In this document: one piece after another, positions 1 to 9,303 of the stretch
How the letters are laid out: each line of letters opens with the position of its first letter
Numbering within the stretch: position 1 is the first letter of the stretch
Position numbers and translations under genes: made by a program
Notes under the pieces: model-generated
What the model was told of the DNA's origin: nothing
Databases searched by the model: none
What the model saw: the letters and a program-made list of their open reading frames with translations, nothing else
DNA from: Candidatus Poribacteria bacterium
GTDB taxonomy: Bacteria > Poribacteria > WGA-4E > WGA-3G
Direction: 5' to 3'
DNA length: 64,000 nucleotides
NCBI GenBank assembly: GCA_963665235.2
Contig: CAXXLX010000002.1
Coordinates: 192,001 to 256,000, forward strand

Positions 1-939
1 TAGGTGTGCCTTAGTCGCAATATTAAAAGAGAGTCCGAAATTCTTGACTGTCACGTTAGGTAAATTCGCCCGGCACTCCACGATATGAAGCGGTGTAAAG
101 TCACCGTGGACATCAACCCTGAAATGTGTTGCCTTTTTTGAGGGATAGAGGTCAAGCCACCAGTGGCCGCCTATGGTCATTCGGAGTTTTGCGATGCGTG
201 GACGAAGCGTCGCACCACACATATCAACGTACGCAATAAATTCGTGGGCGACTTTTAGAAGCTCCTCGTTAGCTTGGAGTGGCTCAATAAACAGCTCAAG
301 CGTCATAAACTGCTGTGCGGTTTCACGATAACTCCTATTTTCCTCCTTGACGAAGGGGCCGCCTAAAACGGTTTCGGTTGCAACCAAGATTTCATCAGGG
401 GCGTGGTAGGAGAAGTAAGAGATATATGTCAAATCGAGCCCTAGACTCCGCAGGTATTCAGCAACCTCTAGGACTTGGGTGTCTACGCCCTCGGAGATAA
501 GGACTAACCGCTGCCGCCGATTGAATGCGGATTGCGGAATATCGCCCGCTTCATAATCAAAGAATTCACTGTGGTGTGCCGAAAGTGACGCAAAATATGT
601 GCCCTTCTGTTGTGCCCAGCGATACGCCAGCCGTTCCAATTCTATGTAAGAAAGTTTTGCAACCCCCGCCGCGTATTCTAAAATCTGTGTGATAGCTGTC
701 CGAGACGGTTTACCCCGTTTTAGCTCTATAATCACACTATTTCCCTGCCGATCCAGGGCAAGAAGGTCAATCTTCCGTTTTGACGTGCTCAAAGGCGGTT
801 GTCTGCTAATCACACACACCGGTTCACCCAGAACGAGGGTTGCATCCTGTTCAAGCAAATCCTCGAAGTCACGTTCTGTGCCAAAACGTAAGGGCTGTAA
901 TTTTCCAAATTTCTGATCTTCCCACCGGTAAACTTCCAT
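1..939 (-). CDS. NucS/DUF91-like PD-(D/E)xK endonuclease domain protein, 3' end outside window
   Basis: Not in the ORF track. Manual translation from ATG 939: MEVYRWEDQKFGKL...ERDFEDLLEQD...RKIDLLALDRQGNSVIIELKRG...AITQILEYA (D...ELK motif, Q..Y). The same frame is open over 1-180. Confidence 0.75.
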   Translation of the reverse strand, partial: MEVYRWEDQKFGKLQPLRFGTERDFEDLLEQDATLVLGEPVCVISRQPPLSTSKRKIDLLALDRQGNSVIIELKRGKPSRTAITQILEYAAGVAKLSYIELERLAYRWAQQKGTYFASLSAHHSEFFDYEAGDIPQSAFNRRQRLVLISEGVDTQVLEVAEYLRSLGLDLTYISYFSYHAPDEILVATETVLGGPFVKEENRSYRETAQQFMTLELFIEPLQANEELLKVAHEFIAYVDMCGATLRPRIAKLRMTIGGHWWLDLYPSKKATHFRVDVHGDFTPLHIVECRANLPNVTVKNFGLSFNIATKAHL

Positions 940-950
940 AATAGTTATCA

Positions 951-1083
951 TTGGCAATTGGCAATTAGCAATTAGCAATTAGCAAGATGTTGTGATTCTA
1001 AGAAGAACTCTGAAGCGCGTCAGAGGCTTCGCCTCTTTGTTTCTTTCTCTTGCTAACAACCATAAGCCAATTGCCAATCGCTG
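951..1083. repeat. Dispersed heptamer-armed element: (TTGGCAA/TTAGCAA)n arm, GCAAGA..TCTTGC core, inverted arm
   Basis: Related copies at ~8797-8890, 20020-20165, 38966-39060, 60102-60235 and 61200-62150. Confidence 0.7.
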
Positions 1084-2874
1084 CTAAATATTAACATTGA
1101 GCCACTGAATGCGTTCGCGATATGCCTCAACCTCCGCTGCGATTCTGTCTCGGTTCCAATTGTTTCGTTCTCCGATAAATTGCGCGATTTGCGGGGCTAT
1201 ATCTAACCCTTGGCCTCGTGTCCATCCGATTCGGGTGCGTCGCCAGAGCAGGTCCTCCAACGTCATTGCCATTTCACCCCATAAGGCGTACAGCAGCTCC
1301 GCTTTCACAAAGGGTAACAAAGGGGTTATAGGCTCAGCAAGTGCCGCTTCCTGTGCAATAAACTTTTGAATCACCTGATACCCGTTGTTTCCGTAGCGTT
1401 GAATCAGCCGGTCTCTATGATAAGTCAACGTTGGGTTTTCGGGAGTTTTCGGACATAACGGTTCCACAGACAGGGCTCCGCAATCGCTAGGTTCATCGGC
1501 TGTTGCATGTGGCAGCGGATGGCTAGCAGTTTTACAGTGGCGTGGAAGGTTTAGCGACTCGGTGAGGTAGTCTACTGTTTCCTCCGCCATCTGTCGGTGT
1601 GTAGTGAGTTTTCCGCCATAGATATACATGATACCGCTCGGGCTCTCCGTGACGCGATGTTCCCTTGAAGCCAAATCGCTTCGTTCCGCTCCATGCCAGT
1701 GTCGCTCAGGGGCGATGAGGGGACGAATTCCGGCATAAGTCGCAATAATATCGTTGCGGTGTAACGCGCGTCCCGGAAAAATTCGATGCGTTTCTGAAAG
1801 CAGATAGGCAACCTCTTTTGCGGAGGGACGCACCGCCTCCGGTTCACCCTCCGGAGTCGTCTCTGTTGTGCCAACGATAGAGGTCTCATGCTCACCGGGC
1901 AAGACAAAAACCGGGCGCGACCTCCGATTATGCAACCGCTCCGATTGTGCGAAGGTTACCAAACCGTATAGCACCGAGGTATTGCCCGTAGCACAACGCG
2001 GCAAAAGCAGATGAATCCCTTTCGCATTTTCCGTCAACAATCGGGGAGTCCCATCGTAACTCGGGTCTTTGCACCATATCCGGTCGGTCCACGGCCCCGT
2101 TGTTGAAACAATTTTCCGTGCTGTAATTGGAAAACGTTGTCCAGAAATAGTATCTTCAACCGTGACACTATATATCGGGTCGGATTTTACCGGCTGCCGC
2201 ACAAAATCGAGGAACCGAACGTAGTTTGCAATGACCGCCCCATGCCGATGTGCATCCTTGAGGGTTGCCAACGTCAACCTAGCATCATCAACAGTACTAT
2301 CCCATAAGATAACGCAGCCTTTTAGTTTATCGGTTGCAATAGGTCCAACTAGCGTTTGTATTTTTTCCGTGTTCCGAAGCACAACTGAGCGTTCAGCTTT
2401 AGCCGTTTTAGAGAGGCAGTTGTAATAACGTGCTGCGAGGTGAATCCCGGTAAGCGGATACGGGTCGCCTTTGTATCGAAGGATTGCAAGCGGTATCGGT
2501 TTCACAAGGGTAGGTGCAATATGACGCAGAATTTCGCGTTCCCTGCGCGCCTGTTTTACGAGGTTGAAGTCGCCTTTAACCAGATAGCGGAACCCGCCAT
2601 GGATAAGTTGTGAGGAGGCACTGCTAGTGCCGTTTGCGAAGTCGGCTTGGTCAATTAAACCGGCTTTGATGCCACCGTTTAGCGCGAGGTCCCGAATCAA
2701 ACCTGCCCCAACAATGCCCCCGCCGATAACCAAAACGTCCAACCGGGTGGTCTTGAGCGTTCTAATATTCTGGGTGCGGGTTCGTGCCGAAAATTCCATT
2801 GACATTTTTGAATCTTCCTTGCGGTTTGGTAAGGATAAACTAGGCTCTAGGACATCTCCGCTGTCCGTGTACAC
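1084..2874 (-). CDS. glpD: FAD-dependent glycerol-3-phosphate dehydrogenase/oxidase
   Basis: DVLVIGGGIVG FAD motif, GTSS.SS.LIHGG.RYL, VDDARL, AGIRPL, GGKLTTHRQMAE, DLLWRRTR; true start probably MSMEF ~2805. Confidence 0.9.
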   Translation of the reverse strand: MYTDSGDVLEPSLSLPNRKEDSKMSMEFSARTRTQNIRTLKTTRLDVLVIGGGIVGAGLIRDLALNGGIKAGLIDQADFANGTSSASSQLIHGGFRYLVKGDFNLVKQARREREILRHIAPTLVKPIPLAILRYKGDPYPLTGIHLAARYYNCLSKTAKAERSVVLRNTEKIQTLVGPIATDKLKGCVILWDSTVDDARLTLATLKDAHRHGAVIANYVRFLDFVRQPVKSDPIYSVTVEDTISGQRFPITARKIVSTTGPWTDRIWCKDPSYDGTPRLLTENAKGIHLLLPRCATGNTSVLYGLVTFAQSERLHNRRSRPVFVLPGEHETSIVGTTETTPEGEPEAVRPSAKEVAYLLSETHRIFPGRALHRNDIIATYAGIRPLIAPERHWHGAERSDLASREHRVTESPSGIMYIYGGKLTTHRQMAEETVDYLTESLNLPRHCKTASHPLPHATADEPSDCGALSVEPLCPKTPENPTLTYHRDRLIQRYGNNGYQVIQKFIAQEAALAEPITPLLPFVKAELLYALWGEMAMTLEDLLWRRTRIGWTRGQGLDIAPQIAQFIGERNNWNRDRIAAEVEAYRERIQWLNVNI

Positions 2875-2896
2875 CTCCGATTTAGCTCACAAGGCA

Positions 2897-4390
2897 CTAG
2901 CTCGTTTCATCCGCCATATTTTTAACTAACAGTGCCGCGTGCTGCGATACTTTACGAATGGCGGTCAAGATTCGGGCTGCTGCCCCGGGCACCGGCTCCG
3001 TCAACAGGGGTAGAAATATCAATCGCGAACAGGTCCGCTCAGTGACAGGCAAATCCCCCGGGGCATATCCGACATAATCGCCGCCCTTATCAGCGGTACA
3101 GAGCGGACCGCGGCCATCCATGTAAATATCTAGGCCGTGTGTAAACAGCGGTAGGGTGTGGAGAAGCGGGTACGGATTACTATTCGTTGGAAGACTCCCG
3201 GAGAAAACAGGCACGTTGTCTCCGACTAGGAGCGGATACGGGTTGTTATTCGCCAGAACGCCCTCTTGGCGGAGGGCATCCGCAAACACTGGCGCAGGCA
3301 AACCGTGAAGCTCCTCCTCATGGTAATGGATAGGAAATCCGAAGAATCCCGCGGGCATCGCCCCTGGATACGTTTCAACAGCCTGCACCCCCGCAATATC
3401 TTCTAACCCGTTCCTAATCTCTTGGATATAGGCGCGGCGGCCTGCATTCAGCGCATCCAATTTCTTCATCTGCACAGAAGCGATGCCTATAGCTAACGGA
3501 TGTGCCCGAAATTTGACACCGAGCCCCATCGGCGGAAGATGTTTATACCGCAGCGCTGCACCCTCCAAGGCTGCATCCCCTATACTCCCAGGCACGCGAT
3601 TGACCTGCCCAAGTAAACATGCACGTTCAAAAACCGTCACATCGTTCGTTGCAAGCATACCCCCCTCGCCTGCACTCACCGATTTACTGCCTTGCAAACT
3701 CCAAGCCCCAACATGGCCGATGCTACCACACGGCACCCCTTTATAAGATGCACCATGTGCATGAGAGCAATCCTCTATCACCGGGACACCTGTTTCCTCG
3801 CTCAGTGCCATGAGGGCATCCATATCGCACACGTTACCCCACAGATGGACCGCGACGATTGCCTTCGTCCGTGATGTAATGCGTCGGCGAACGTCCGCTA
3901 CATCCAGCAGCAACGTCTTCGAATCAACCTCACAGAAAACCGGGCGTGCCATCAACGCAAGCGCAGGTGTAATAGACCCCATCCACGTGTATGTCGGGCA
4001 GATAACCTCATCCCCCGGGCCAACACCGAGCCCGAACATTGCACTATGAATCGCCGCGGTACCGTTGATAAGACTCATCGCAAATTGCGTTTGATGCCGT
4101 TCACGCCACATGCGTTCAAATTCCTGAACGACGGGGGATGTTCCTGATAACTCGTTCCGCAATGTCATCTCAAATGCGAGCTGCGCCTCCTCTTCAGTTA
4201 TTTGGGACCACTGCTCCAGTCTCGGATACGGTGCCTCCGGTGTTTTTTCAAAAACCGGTGTTCCTCCCAAGGCTGCAGGAAGATTCTTCGCCTCAAACCC
4301 AGGGCTAGAAGATGTCGCTTTGTTGTTATGATTTACTGTCATGTTTTTCCACTTCCAATTTGAAAACTGAATGTCTCTACCATAATGCAT
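2897..4390 (-). CDS. DegT/DnrJ/EryC1/StrS family PLP aminotransferase
   Basis: NGTAAIH, GPGDEVI, VHLWG, IEDCSHAHGA, SLQGSK..SAGEGG. Confidence 0.9.
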   Translation of the reverse strand: MHYGRDIQFSNWKWKNMTVNHNNKATSSSPGFEAKNLPAALGGTPVFEKTPEAPYPRLEQWSQITEEEAQLAFEMTLRNELSGTSPVVQEFERMWRERHQTQFAMSLINGTAAIHSAMFGLGVGPGDEVICPTYTWMGSITPALALMARPVFCEVDSKTLLLDVADVRRRITSRTKAIVAVHLWGNVCDMDALMALSEETGVPVIEDCSHAHGASYKGVPCGSIGHVGAWSLQGSKSVSAGEGGMLATNDVTVFERACLLGQVNRVPGSIGDAALEGAALRYKHLPPMGLGVKFRAHPLAIGIASVQMKKLDALNAGRRAYIQEIRNGLEDIAGVQAVETYPGAMPAGFFGFPIHYHEEELHGLPAPVFADALRQEGVLANNNPYPLLVGDNVPVFSGSLPTNSNPYPLLHTLPLFTHGLDIYMDGRGPLCTADKGGDYVGYAPGDLPVTERTCSRLIFLPLLTEPVPGAAARILTAIRKVSQHAALLVKNMADETS

Positions 4391-4441
4391 AATAGCACGT
4401 TTTCGTTTTTTCGGTCAAACATAATTTGCGGAATTGCGGAA

Positions 4442-5371
4442 TTACAGCTTGAAAAGGGGTTCTTGGCCTTCGTCATTTTTCGGGCGATATTTACCCCTAT
4501 TCTTACCCTTTAATTTCCGTTCCTCGGCAGTTGTTTGCACGTTATGCAACGCGAGCTCCTCTTCGATTTTAGGCATTTCACTCTCCGTATTCTCTAATCT
4601 GTTGCACGTCATTTTCAGGTATGTCTCGCTGCTGTCAATACCGATATATTTATGCCCTAAAAGTTTTGCAGCAACAGCAGTCGTACCGCTGCCGATGTAA
4701 GGGTCCAGCACGATGCCTTGTGTCTCTTTTCCCAAGATGGATATAATCACACGGGCAGGCAGCCAGAGCGGAAACGGGGCAGGATGCGGATTTTTTTTAC
4801 CATTTTCGGGGACTCCACGCCAAATAGAGGTCAACTTTGCATCACAAGATTTCAATTCCTTACCAATTAAATAATCCCCTATCGGTTTATACAGCCAATA
4901 AATGCGTTCCTCTACCTGCCAAAACCGCCAGCCTCGTATATTTGCCGCAATTACCCTATCCCAAATGATTTCCTGTTTTACCGTCCACGCCGTTTTACGT
5001 AACCAATCCATAGGATGGTACATGTTGCCTCTATGCCATCGTATTTTGTGATTGTAAAAAAACGAACCGCCCGGTGCGGTTACACGGTAAATCTCATTGA
5101 GTACATCGACCTGATTCTGCTGATATTCGGGTTCAGGCAAGGCATCTCTGTAAGTATCATACACCACATTTTTAACAAGCCAACCCTTCTGCTTTTCCTG
5201 CTTATTATATGGCGGTGAAGTGACACCGACATTGATAACATCATCATCTATTTTACTCAGAACGTTGAGGGTGTCCCCTTGAATGAGTTTGCCCTCCTCA
5301 AGCGTGTCCGCCTTAATTTGCTTATGCTCTAACAGGTCGTCCTTAAGGAGGTGTTGGTTCGTGATACTCAT
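4442..5371 (-). CDS. Site-specific DNA methyltransferase (N4/N6, beta arrangement), no adjacent restriction gene
   Basis: TSPPY catalytic motif precedes HPAPFP and VLDPYIGSGTT SAM motif. Confidence 0.9.
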   Translation of the reverse strand: MSITNQHLLKDDLLEHKQIKADTLEEGKLIQGDTLNVLSKIDDDVINVGVTSPPYNKQEKQKGWLVKNVVYDTYRDALPEPEYQQNQVDVLNEIYRVTAPGGSFFYNHKIRWHRGNMYHPMDWLRKTAWTVKQEIIWDRVIAANIRGWRFWQVEERIYWLYKPIGDYLIGKELKSCDAKLTSIWRGVPENGKKNPHPAPFPLWLPARVIISILGKETQGIVLDPYIGSGTTAVAAKLLGHKYIGIDSSETYLKMTCNRLENTESEMPKIEEELALHNVQTTAEERKLKGKNRGKYRPKNDEGQEPLFKL

Positions 5372-5417
5372 CGTGCTATTTTCTCCAAATGTTCAAACAC
5401 GTCCCTTTTATGCCATA

Positions 5418-5445
5418 ATTATACCACAAAACTATAGTTTGTCAA
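5418..5445 (-). promoter_or_regulatory. Sigma70-type promoter of the methyltransferase
   Basis: Minus strand TTGACA-16 bp-TATAAT. Confidence 0.6.
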
Positions 5446-5523
5446 GGGGTGTGTAAAGTTTTTGTCTAAGGGAATTCTGTCTCTGATGGAACGCTAGACA
5501 TCGCTATAAAAAACGACAAAACA

Positions 5524-5646
5524 TCGCGTGCACAGCACGCTCCTACATAGGAGGTCGCGTGCACAGCACGCTCCTACATAGGAGGTCGCGTGCACAGCAC
5601 GCTCCTACATAGGAGGTCGCGTGTTCATGTCACAGCACGCTCCTAC
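5524..5646. repeat. Tandem 31-bp units of a GTAG-REP hairpin (GTAGGAGCGTGCTGTGCACGCGA on minus strand), 4 copies
   Basis: Copies at 5524, 5555, 5586 and 5617; the last has a small insertion. Confidence 0.9.
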
Positions 5647-5830
5647 TGAAGGAAAGGATTGTTCGCACCGGACAATCCACGTCCCCTGTGTCCTTCGCGC
5701 GTAATCCGTGATTCTGACAACACACGCCAAATCCACTCTTCCACCCTTCCACTCTTCCCCCTTCCACTCTTCCACCCTTCCATCTATCCGCGTGACAAAA
5801 ACTTTACGTACCAAGTTTCCGTTCCTATTC

Positions 5831-6343
5831 TTAAAAATAGGCGTGTATGCCGGCACTCATGTAAACGCCTGCAAGTTTTTGAGAGTGCGATTCAGCTTTT
5901 TCCGTGCCAAATCCTTGACCGATACTCACGTTCAAACCGAACGGAATGCCGCCAATTGAAAAGACAAGTTCACTGCCAAAAGCGAGCCCCCCTGCAAGCG
6001 TCGTCGTCAGCTGCTCCTTTTCCATCTTATATCGCCAACCCCCCTCTAAGGTGAAATAGAGGCGAGCTATGCTCAACTTACTTTGATGCTCAAATATAGC
6101 GTAAGAAATACCTGCCCCTAACATGTGGTCGCTATCCCGCTCGTTCAGAACGAGCCGTCCCACCGTTTGAAGATAGACCGGGGCTAATCCGTTATAGCGA
6201 AAACTCAACCCACCAAAGGCAGGCGTAGCCCCCTGAAGTCCAATACCGAAATTTTTAGTGAGGTCAGCCTGTTGCGCATGCGTTGAGAGACTGAAGACTG
6301 CCACAAAAAAGATACAAGTTAAGCAAAAAATTAAGTGTTTCAC
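5831..6343 (-). CDS. Secreted protein, possible small outer-membrane beta-barrel
   Basis: Signal peptide, Gly/aromatic alternating strands, C-terminal Phe. Confidence 0.6.
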   Translation of the reverse strand: MKHLIFCLTCIFFVAVFSLSTHAQQADLTKNFGIGLQGATPAFGGLSFRYNGLAPVYLQTVGRLVLNERDSDHMLGAGISYAIFEHQSKLSIARLYFTLEGGWRYKMEKEQLTTTLAGGLAFGSELVFSIGGIPFGLNVSIGQGFGTEKAESHSQKLAGVYMSAGIHAYF

Positions 6344-6394
6344 TGTTTTTCTCCTTCGCTACGGCACACCGTAGCGGATTTTCCACTACTTCGC

Positions 6395-8008
6395 TTATCG
6401 AGCAATCAGCAGCGTCACCCGATGCGGTTCAGTAGTAGATGTGTGGGACATAAGAATATCCTGTTTTTTGTCTGCGTTGAGAGCCACCAGCCAAGTCCAT
6501 TCATCGTAAGTAGGCATGGTGACTGCCACCTTTTGAGATTTTCTCGTAAATATAGATGCCTCTGGCACCCCAACAAAGACGTTGAGGTTTTTGCCACTCC
6601 TTCCCACCAGAAGGTCCAAACGTTCATCCGCATTGACATTTCCGAGCAGGACAGGCGGGAACGCCGTTCGACCGCCCGTTGCGTCAGACGTGTGAGATTT
6701 AACCTTGCGCCTCTCGGTAGGTTTGTCGGGATAGGCATCGTCTTTCATGCAGTAGAATTCAAGGTCCATAGATACGGAATGCGTCAGAAGCGAGTCGATG
6801 AGCATGCCGATAGCCTTGAAAATACGCGGTTTGATAGTGAGAAAAGCGATGTCGAGCTGGCTGTCTCCATTGAAGTCGTGTTGCATGAGGCCGAACGGGA
6901 TGCCCTCCGATGCAATCCGGGTGCTGACTTCGGGTGAAAAGGTGATACCCCCCGCTGGTGTCGGTATACCGAAATGCACCTCATAGCTGGCGTGCATACG
7001 CCACAAGCTTCCGCCTTTCAGCGAAAAGATGCCGATGTCAGCAATTCCATCACCGTTCATGTCGGTAAATGCATGGAGCACCCGTCCTGTCATGTTCCCG
7101 GCGGGCTGATGGTCCTTAGGCCTGCGGCGCACACCGTAAGGTGCAACAAGCACGGCGAGCGTGTCGGAGTCAAACGGTACATCAATTGTGAAGGTCGCAG
7201 CCTCCGGGGTAAATAACCTCTGCTCGTTCTGGTAATGAACAGCGAAGTGTTCTCCGTTCCAAAATAATAGGTCGCTGCGTCCATCTCGGTTGTAATCCAC
7301 CGTGTGGATACCGCTTTGGGCCCAAGGGGTGTATCGATATCCCTCCGCGTTGTAGAGTCTATATGTTTCGATGGCACGTCCGATTTTTACCGGGTTCGCG
7401 AACGTCCCATCGCGCTTCTGAACAAGTACCCAAAAACCGTCAATATCTGGGACTACCAGCTCGTCGAGCCCATCGCCGTTCAGGTCGTCCGTGATGTCAA
7501 CATGTGGTGTCTCTTCCATGATGTCGTAATTAGCAATAACCGCCACCAACCGATGTTCGGTTGCTGATTCAGGGTCGAACCAATTCAGGCGACCCCGTTC
7601 ATAAGTGAGCAACCGGTCGTGTCCCCCGATATGTGCAACATCGACGAAGAGGACTTCGGGCCGCAACGGCACATTGAGTTTCGGTACCCAGGTATCACCG
7701 TTGAACGTATAGATACATAAATGCCGGTCGCTGTTTTCATCAACGTTCAGGACAACGAGTTCGGCGCGCGGGTTTCCGAGTAAAAATCCTGTCAAAACGG
7801 TCTGGTGTTTCGCGACACCGGTGATGACCTCGTATGCGTCGAAAGTAAACGGAGGCGGAATAGGCTCTATAGCATTGACCGCTTCGTTTGACACCCCCGA
7901 GCAGCTCAATAGGCATACACTAAAAACGAATATGAAGCACAAGCCTCGTTGATGCGCGGACATCGAAAGAAAACGTTTAAGGGATGGATTCCGTTTTTTC
8001 ACTGTCAT
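6395..8008 (-). CDS. FG-GAP/VCBS repeat lipoprotein
   Basis: Repeated D.NGDG..D motifs (DLNGDGLDE, DYNRDGRSD, DMNGDGIAD, DFNGDSQLD), LLSC lipobox-like; start at ATG 8008 after AAGGAG. Confidence 0.8.
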   Translation of the reverse strand: MTVKKRNPSLKRFLSMSAHQRGLCFIFVFSVCLLSCSGVSNEAVNAIEPIPPPFTFDAYEVITGVAKHQTVLTGFLLGNPRAELVVLNVDENSDRHLCIYTFNGDTWVPKLNVPLRPEVLFVDVAHIGGHDRLLTYERGRLNWFDPESATEHRLVAVIANYDIMEETPHVDITDDLNGDGLDELVVPDIDGFWVLVQKRDGTFANPVKIGRAIETYRLYNAEGYRYTPWAQSGIHTVDYNRDGRSDLLFWNGEHFAVHYQNEQRLFTPEAATFTIDVPFDSDTLAVLVAPYGVRRRPKDHQPAGNMTGRVLHAFTDMNGDGIADIGIFSLKGGSLWRMHASYEVHFGIPTPAGGITFSPEVSTRIASEGIPFGLMQHDFNGDSQLDIAFLTIKPRIFKAIGMLIDSLLTHSVSMDLEFYCMKDDAYPDKPTERRKVKSHTSDATGGRTAFPPVLLGNVNADERLDLLVGRSGKNLNVFVGVPEASIFTRKSQKVAVTMPTYDEWTWLVALNADKKQDILMSHTSTTEPHRVTLLIAR

Positions 8009-8094
8009 TCTCCTTTTACGTGTTTTATAAGTTAACATAGATAAGTAAATGAACAGTGTTAACTTATAAACCAAAAAAATATAGGCGACCTAAC

Positions 8095-8700
8095 CTACGC
8101 CTTCAACCCCTCAATAGTTGTCTGAATTACCGTATCAATCAGTTTGTCTTTTTCAGCCCAAGGGAAATCGGGAAAATCTATCAGGAGCAGCGTGACACCG
8201 TGAACGGCTGCCCACAACACCTGCCCGGTAGTTTCGACATCCATTTGGCGGAATATCTTCTGTTGCATGCATTCAGAGACCGTGGTTCGCAAATAGTCAA
8301 ACACCTTTTCGCCGACGGAGCCCTCTTGCAGTCCTAATCCTTTCTGGAATTGCGGTCGGATAACAAAAGTGAGCTTGTAATCCTGCGGATATTTTAGTCC
8401 GAACTCAATATAGGCGCGTCCGCTTTTTCGTAGGGTCTCGACGGGGTCGCCTTTATCCTCCTTTAGTTGCTCAAGCGTGTTCAACAGATGCAGGAGTGTT
8501 TCCTTGCAAACAGAATCTAACAGGTCTGCCTTATCTTTGAAATAAAGGTAGATTGTTGTCGGTGAGTATTCGATTTTGTCGGCAATCTTTCGCATGGAGA
8601 CGTTCTCATACCCTTCATTGACAAACAATTCTCGTGCTGCTAAAAGAATTTTCTGCCGCAACTCCTCTTTCTGCCTCGCTCTGCGCTCTTTAACACCCAT
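8095..8700 (-). CDS. TetR/AcrR family transcriptional regulator
   Basis: HTH GYENVSMRKIADKIEYSPTTIYLYFKDK; C-terminal W..VHG; start MGVKERR at 8700, since the longer ORF begins inside the promoter. Confidence 0.92.
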   Translation of the reverse strand: MGVKERRARQKEELRQKILLAARELFVNEGYENVSMRKIADKIEYSPTTIYLYFKDKADLLDSVCKETLLHLLNTLEQLKEDKGDPVETLRKSGRAYIEFGLKYPQDYKLTFVIRPQFQKGLGLQEGSVGEKVFDYLRTTVSECMQQKIFRQMDVETTGQVLWAAVHGVTLLLIDFPDFPWAEKDKLIDTVIQTTIEGLKA

Positions 8701-8731
8701 TGCGTCACCTTGATTTACATAGTTATTTATC

Positions 8732-8772
8732 TTAACACTGTTAATTATACTACATATTTTCCTGTTTGTCAA
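8732..8772 (-). promoter_or_regulatory. Consensus promoter plus palindromic operator for tetR
   Basis: TTGACA-17-TATAAT followed by TTAACAGTGTTAA; a near-identical site lies at 8050-8062 before the FG-GAP gene. Confidence 0.75.
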
Positions 8773-9002
8773 GAAAAAATTGCATTCGTAGAATGTTGGC
8801 GATTAGCAATTTTGGCAATTGGCACTTAGCAAGATGTTGTGCTTCTAAGCAGGTTTGTGACGTGCTTCAAAGTTCTCTTCTTCTTGCTATAGGTTTCCAT
8901 AATGCTATAAACACGCGAGCTTGATAATAAATATCCGTTTTCTCTAAACATTTTTGAGGTTCTCCGAAAAAAGCGGAATGAGTGGAGCAGAAACCGCTGC
9001 TT

Positions 9003-9254
9003 CTATAAATATATCGTCCTTGAGGAGCGGGAAACCGTTTGCCCGAATACTGGGGCTAAGATTTGGGCGTTAGCGGTTTTCTATAAATATATCGTCCTTG
9101 ACTGTTTGCCCGAATACTGGGGCTAAGATTTGGGCGTTAGCGGTTTTCTATAAATATATCGTCCTTGAGGAGCGGGAAACCGTTTGCCCGAATACTGGGG
9201 CTAAGATTTGGGCGTTAGCGGTTTTCTATAAATATATCGTCCCTACGGGACTAA
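9003..9254. repeat. Tandem 78/67/78-bp repeat of the CTATAAA.ATATCGTCC..GGG.CTAAG family
   Basis: Unit starts at 9003, 9081, 9148, 9226; the same family occurs at 13681/13760 and 16151-16427. Confidence 0.85.
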
Positions 9255-9303
9255 GACCCGTACATTAACCAAACCGAGGCAGATAACCGCCTGCGTATTC
9301 TGA

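Noticed and set aside
1-5371. NucS-like nuclease plus methyltransferase as a restriction-modification pair
   Set aside because: Separated by two metabolic genes, with no evidence of linkage
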